From an uncultured virus (IMG/VR IMGVR_UViG_3300049982_000338) (Duplodnaviria; Heunggongvirae; Uroviricota; Caudoviricetes): a stretch of 20,000 nt of DNA. The stretch is taken from IMG/VR virus record IMGVR_UViG_3300049982_000338; one strand, written 5' to 3'. The stretch's first letter is position 1. Every line of letters begins with the position of its first letter. Below the pieces are notes generated by a model that was not told where the DNA came from, ran no database searches, and saw only the letters and a list, made by a program, of their open reading frames with translations. Both the position numbers and the translations under genes were made by a program. Below are positions 17,863-20,000 of the stretch, piece by piece.

Positions 17863-17907
17863 GAGCGCCCGGCCCTCGGCCAGCGGCGTGTTCCGACTCG
17901 GAGGGTA
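17863..17907 (-). promoter_or_regulatory. Conserved leader motif copy 1 with -10-like TACCCT, upstream of major capsid gene
   Basis: 26 bp at 17863-17888 are identical to 13235-13260. TACCCT on the minus strand at 17907-17902. Confidence 0.75.
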
Positions 17908-17913
17908 TCCGAG

Positions 17914-17965
17914 ACACGTGATGGCCGCCCGTGTGCCATGAACGACACGCGGGCGGCCATCGTGT
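17914..17965. repeat. Inverted repeat between parB and the capsid gene (terminator, operator or parS candidate)
   Basis: Perfect 12-bp arms gatggccgcccg (17920-17931) / cgggcggccatc (17950-17961), extendable with acac/gtgt outside. Confidence 0.6.
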
Positions 17966-17979
17966 AGAGGACCCCCGGA

Positions 17980-18426
17980 TCAGCTCCCCAGCGGCCTTCC
18001 CGTGGGCAGCTCCCCCGCGCCGATCCCGGGCCAGGAACGCCCCCCGTTGTAGGTGGCCTCCCGCCGTTCCACCTCACGGCGCACCGCCCCGGCGACGAAC
18101 TCCGCCCACGACCGTTCACCCTCCGCGACCGCGGTCTGCCGGTAGGCGGCCCGCGCCCGGGCGAGCCCGGCGGGGGTGTCGTAGAACGTCGACTTTTCGC
18201 GCGCCCCCGTCCGCGTGGTGGCCGCCGCCGGGGCGGCAGCAGACGGGACGACCGTGGCCGGTGCGGCGGCCGGCACCGGCCGGGGAGCGCCCACCACGTC
18301 AGCGGCCCGCTGCGACGCCGACGGTCCGGCGCCGAGCACGGGGTCCACGTCCGGGGCCTTCCGCAGCCCGCCCGGCGACAGCGCCCCCAACGCCTCCGGG
18401 TCCGGCACAGCACCCCGCCGCGTCAC
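17980..18426 (-). CDS. parB: Small centromere-binding ParB-like protein with C-terminal ribbon-helix-helix (actinobacterial plasmid ParB_C type)
   Basis: Lies downstream of parA. Disordered Ala/Pro N-terminus, then KSTFY...ARARAAY...SWAEFVAGAVRREVERREATYNGGRSWP...LPTGRP, resembling the pCXC100-type ParB C-terminal domain as recalled. Confidence 0.72.
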   Translation of the reverse strand: MTRRGAVPDPEALGALSPGGLRKAPDVDPVLGAGPSASQRAADVVGAPRPVPAAAPATVVPSAAAPAAATTRTGAREKSTFYDTPAGLARARAAYRQTAVAEGERSWAEFVAGAVRREVERREATYNGGRSWPGIGAGELPTGRPLGS

Positions 18427-18620
18427 TGGAACCCCCGCCAGTGGACCAGCAGATCCCAGCCGCGGGTGGTGAGGTACCCGGCCAGGAACGCAACGTTGAT
18501 GGCCAGCGCCACGGGTGCGCTACCCAACACGATCTGCAGCACGAGCGCAACGGTGACGAACAGGACCAGCATCAGTGACGCAGACAGCCCGGTACGCGGT
18601 GCCAGCCGAGGGCCGGTCAT
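18423..18620 (-). CDS. Small two-TM membrane protein (65 aa)
   Basis: C-terminal part of track ORF 18423..19574 from ATG 18620: MTGPRLAPRTGLSASLMLVLFVTVALVLQIVLGSAPVALAINVAFLAGYLTTRGW. ATGA and GTGA overlaps on both sides. Confidence 0.7.
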   Translation of the reverse strand: MTGPRLAPRTGLSASLMLVLFVTVALVLQIVLGSAPVALAINVAFLAGYLTTRGWDLLVHWRGFQ

Positions 18621-19444
18621 GCCGGCACCCCCGCCAGCACTCGACGGGCCACCGCCTGCAGCGCGGTCCGCACCCCGTCCGCCCGGTGGAACGGCACCGA
18701 CGGGTCCTCGTTCGGGGTCAGCGGCGCCGAGTGCGACGCCGCCCGCCGCACCCCCTCCCGTTCCGGCACATACGGCCAGATCAGGTGCTGCCCGTAGTTC
18801 TCCCGCAGGAACGCCACCCACTCCTCCCGGTCCACCCGACGATCGTTGTGCTTGTTGACCACCACCCCGGCCAGTTCCAGCCCGGGGTTCAGCGCCCGCC
18901 GGACCGTGGCCAGGGTGCGGACGATCTCCCCCAGCCCGTCGATGGACAGCGCGGACGGCTCGGTGACCAGCAGCGCCGCATCTGCTGCCGTCAGGGCGTT
19001 GACGGTGAGCTGCCCCAGCGACGGCGGGCAGTCGATCAACACCACGTCCATGCTGCTGCTGGCCGGTCCGGACAGTGCGGTGCGGAGCCGGAACTCCCGG
19101 CCCGGGTCCTGGTCCTGCTCCCTGTTCGCCAGCTTCCGTTCCGACGGAACCACCCGGATGCCGGTCGACCACAGTCGCCCGGCGGGGACCGCCATGCCGT
19201 AGGCGCAGCCCGGCGCAGCGGTCCCTAGTTCGGCGTCGACGTACAGGGCGTCGGCGAGGGTGAACTGGACGGCGTCGCGGTCGACGCCGAGCACGGCGGT
19301 GGCGTTGGCCTGCGGATCGGCGTCCACCACGAGCACCGACAGCCCTGCGGTGGCCAGCTCGGCGGCGAGGTTGACGGTGACGGTGGTCTTGCCGACGCCG
19401 CCCTTCTGCTGGCAGACGGCGATCACCCGCGCCCGGCCGCTCAC
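18617..19444 (-). CDS. parA: ParA/Soj family partition ATPase (~275 aa)
   Basis: Deviant Walker A QQKGGVGKTT, VLVVDADPQANAT, Walker B DVVLIDCPPSLG, NALTAAD. Start re-assigned to GTG 19444 (GTGA overlap). No N-terminal HTH, so type Ib-like. Confidence 0.93.
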   Translation of the reverse strand: MSGRARVIAVCQQKGGVGKTTVTVNLAAELATAGLSVLVVDADPQANATAVLGVDRDAVQFTLADALYVDAELGTAAPGCAYGMAVPAGRLWSTGIRVVPSERKLANREQDQDPGREFRLRTALSGPASSSMDVVLIDCPPSLGQLTVNALTAADAALLVTEPSALSIDGLGEIVRTLATVRRALNPGLELAGVVVNKHNDRRVDREEWVAFLRENYGQHLIWPYVPEREGVRRAASHSAPLTPNEDPSVPFHRADGVRTALQAVARRVLAGVPA

Positions 19445-19602
19445 TTGTCCACCGCCAGCACGTTGACGTACAGGAACAGGGCGAACACGGCGACGGCGAG
19501 GCAGACCACGGCCGCCGTGGTGTACCCGAACAGGGCGGCCCAAACAGCGAAGAACACGGGCCCGCCGACGGCACCGCCGAGCAACGCGCGCACGACGATC
19601 AT
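19441..19602 (-). CDS. Small two-TM membrane protein (53 aa, not in ORF track)
   Basis: Hand translation MIVVRALLGGAVGGPVFFAVWAALFGYTTAAVVCLAVAVFALFLYVNVLAVDK*. ATGA overlap upstream and GTGA overlap with the parA start downstream. Confidence 0.7.
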   Translation of the reverse strand: MIVVRALLGGAVGGPVFFAVWAALFGYTTAAVVCLAVAVFALFLYVNVLAVDK

Positions 19603-20000
19603 GCCGACGCCTCCGGCCAGGCGACGGGCAGCGACCGCTCAACGGTCACCGTGGTGGCCGGCGGGACACCCGGTGCGCCGTCGTCGGAGGGGTCGGGGCC
19701 ACCTGCGATCTCCTCCAGCCCCTCCAGCCGCTTCGCGGCGTGCTTGTCGGCGGACTGCTTGGACTGGAAGTGCCGCACCTCGGAGCGCGGGCCGAGCCGG
19801 TTGTAGTCGTCCCAGGTGGCGGTGACCCGGTACAGGTACTTGCGGCGGCCTGACGGAGACAGGAACGCCAGCAACTGCTGCGCCCCGTACTCGTTGATGT
19901 GGCCGAGCTTTCGCAGGTACTCGACACGTTCGGCCACAGTGATACCGGGCTCACCGATCGCGGAGCCCGGTATCGGGCCAGGCGTGGGCAGATCAGTCAT
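19599..20000 (-). CDS. Hypothetical protein (133 aa), first visible gene of the par operon
   Basis: ATG at the window edge, so the true start is unverified. Non-shadow composition (YLRKLGHINEYG...YLYRVTATWDDY). Its stop overlaps the next start (ATGA, 19599-19602). Confidence 0.65.
   Translation of the reverse strand: MTDLPTPGPIPGSAIGEPGITVAERVEYLRKLGHINEYGAQQLLAFLSPSGRRKYLYRVTATWDDYNRLGPRSEVRHFQSKQSADKHAAKRLEGLEEIAGGPDPSDDGAPGVPPATTVTVERSLPVAWPEASA

Larger units (their letters stand above)
1..20000 (-). mobile_element. Part of a phage-plasmid or plasmid-borne siphovirus-like virion gene cluster
   Basis: Co-oriented capsid and tail modules directly adjacent to a plasmid-type parA/parB operon, with no host housekeeping genes. 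Confidence 0.7.

Noticed and set aside
354..17888. CRISPR array or REP-type repeats as the explanation for the recurring 21-26 bp motif
   Set aside because: Copies are kilobases apart, single, same-stranded and each fixed just upstream of an RBS; there are no spacers or cas genes.
17834..17917. Longer N-termini given by the ORF track (capsid from 17917; also parA 19642, adaptor 12848, terminator 12099, chaperone 10205, minor tails 3190 and 1863)
   Set aside because: The extensions overlap upstream genes or leader motifs; downstream starts have RBSs or stop-start overlaps.

Overview
A very GC-rich (actinobacterial-type) window in which all credible genes lie on the minus strand. In the direction of transcription (20000->1) there is first a translationally coupled operon: hypothetical protein, small membrane protein, ParA, small membrane protein, RHH-type ParB. 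About 150 bp later begins a siphovirus-like virion morphogenesis cluster resembling mycobacteriophage cluster B in protein motifs and gene order: large major capsid protein, second capsid (pentamer-like) protein, small acidic protein, three membrane proteins, major tail protein, head-tail adaptor, tail terminator, SAP-like protein, HK97 gp10-like protein, two separate tail assembly chaperones, a 1711-aa tape measure protein with a LAS-type zinc peptidase domain, distal tail, two minor tail/hub proteins and a truncated ORF. No terminase, portal, maturation protease, integrase, sheath or endolysin is visible; the par operon sits where the packaging genes normally are. This suggests a plasmid-borne or phage-plasmid element, possibly a packaging-less particle system. 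The most striking unannotated signal is a five-copy, covarying structured leader (GCTGGCY-nnn-GGCCG) between a -10-like hexamer and the RBS of five structural genes. Family calls rest on motif recognition and synteny; no database search was run.
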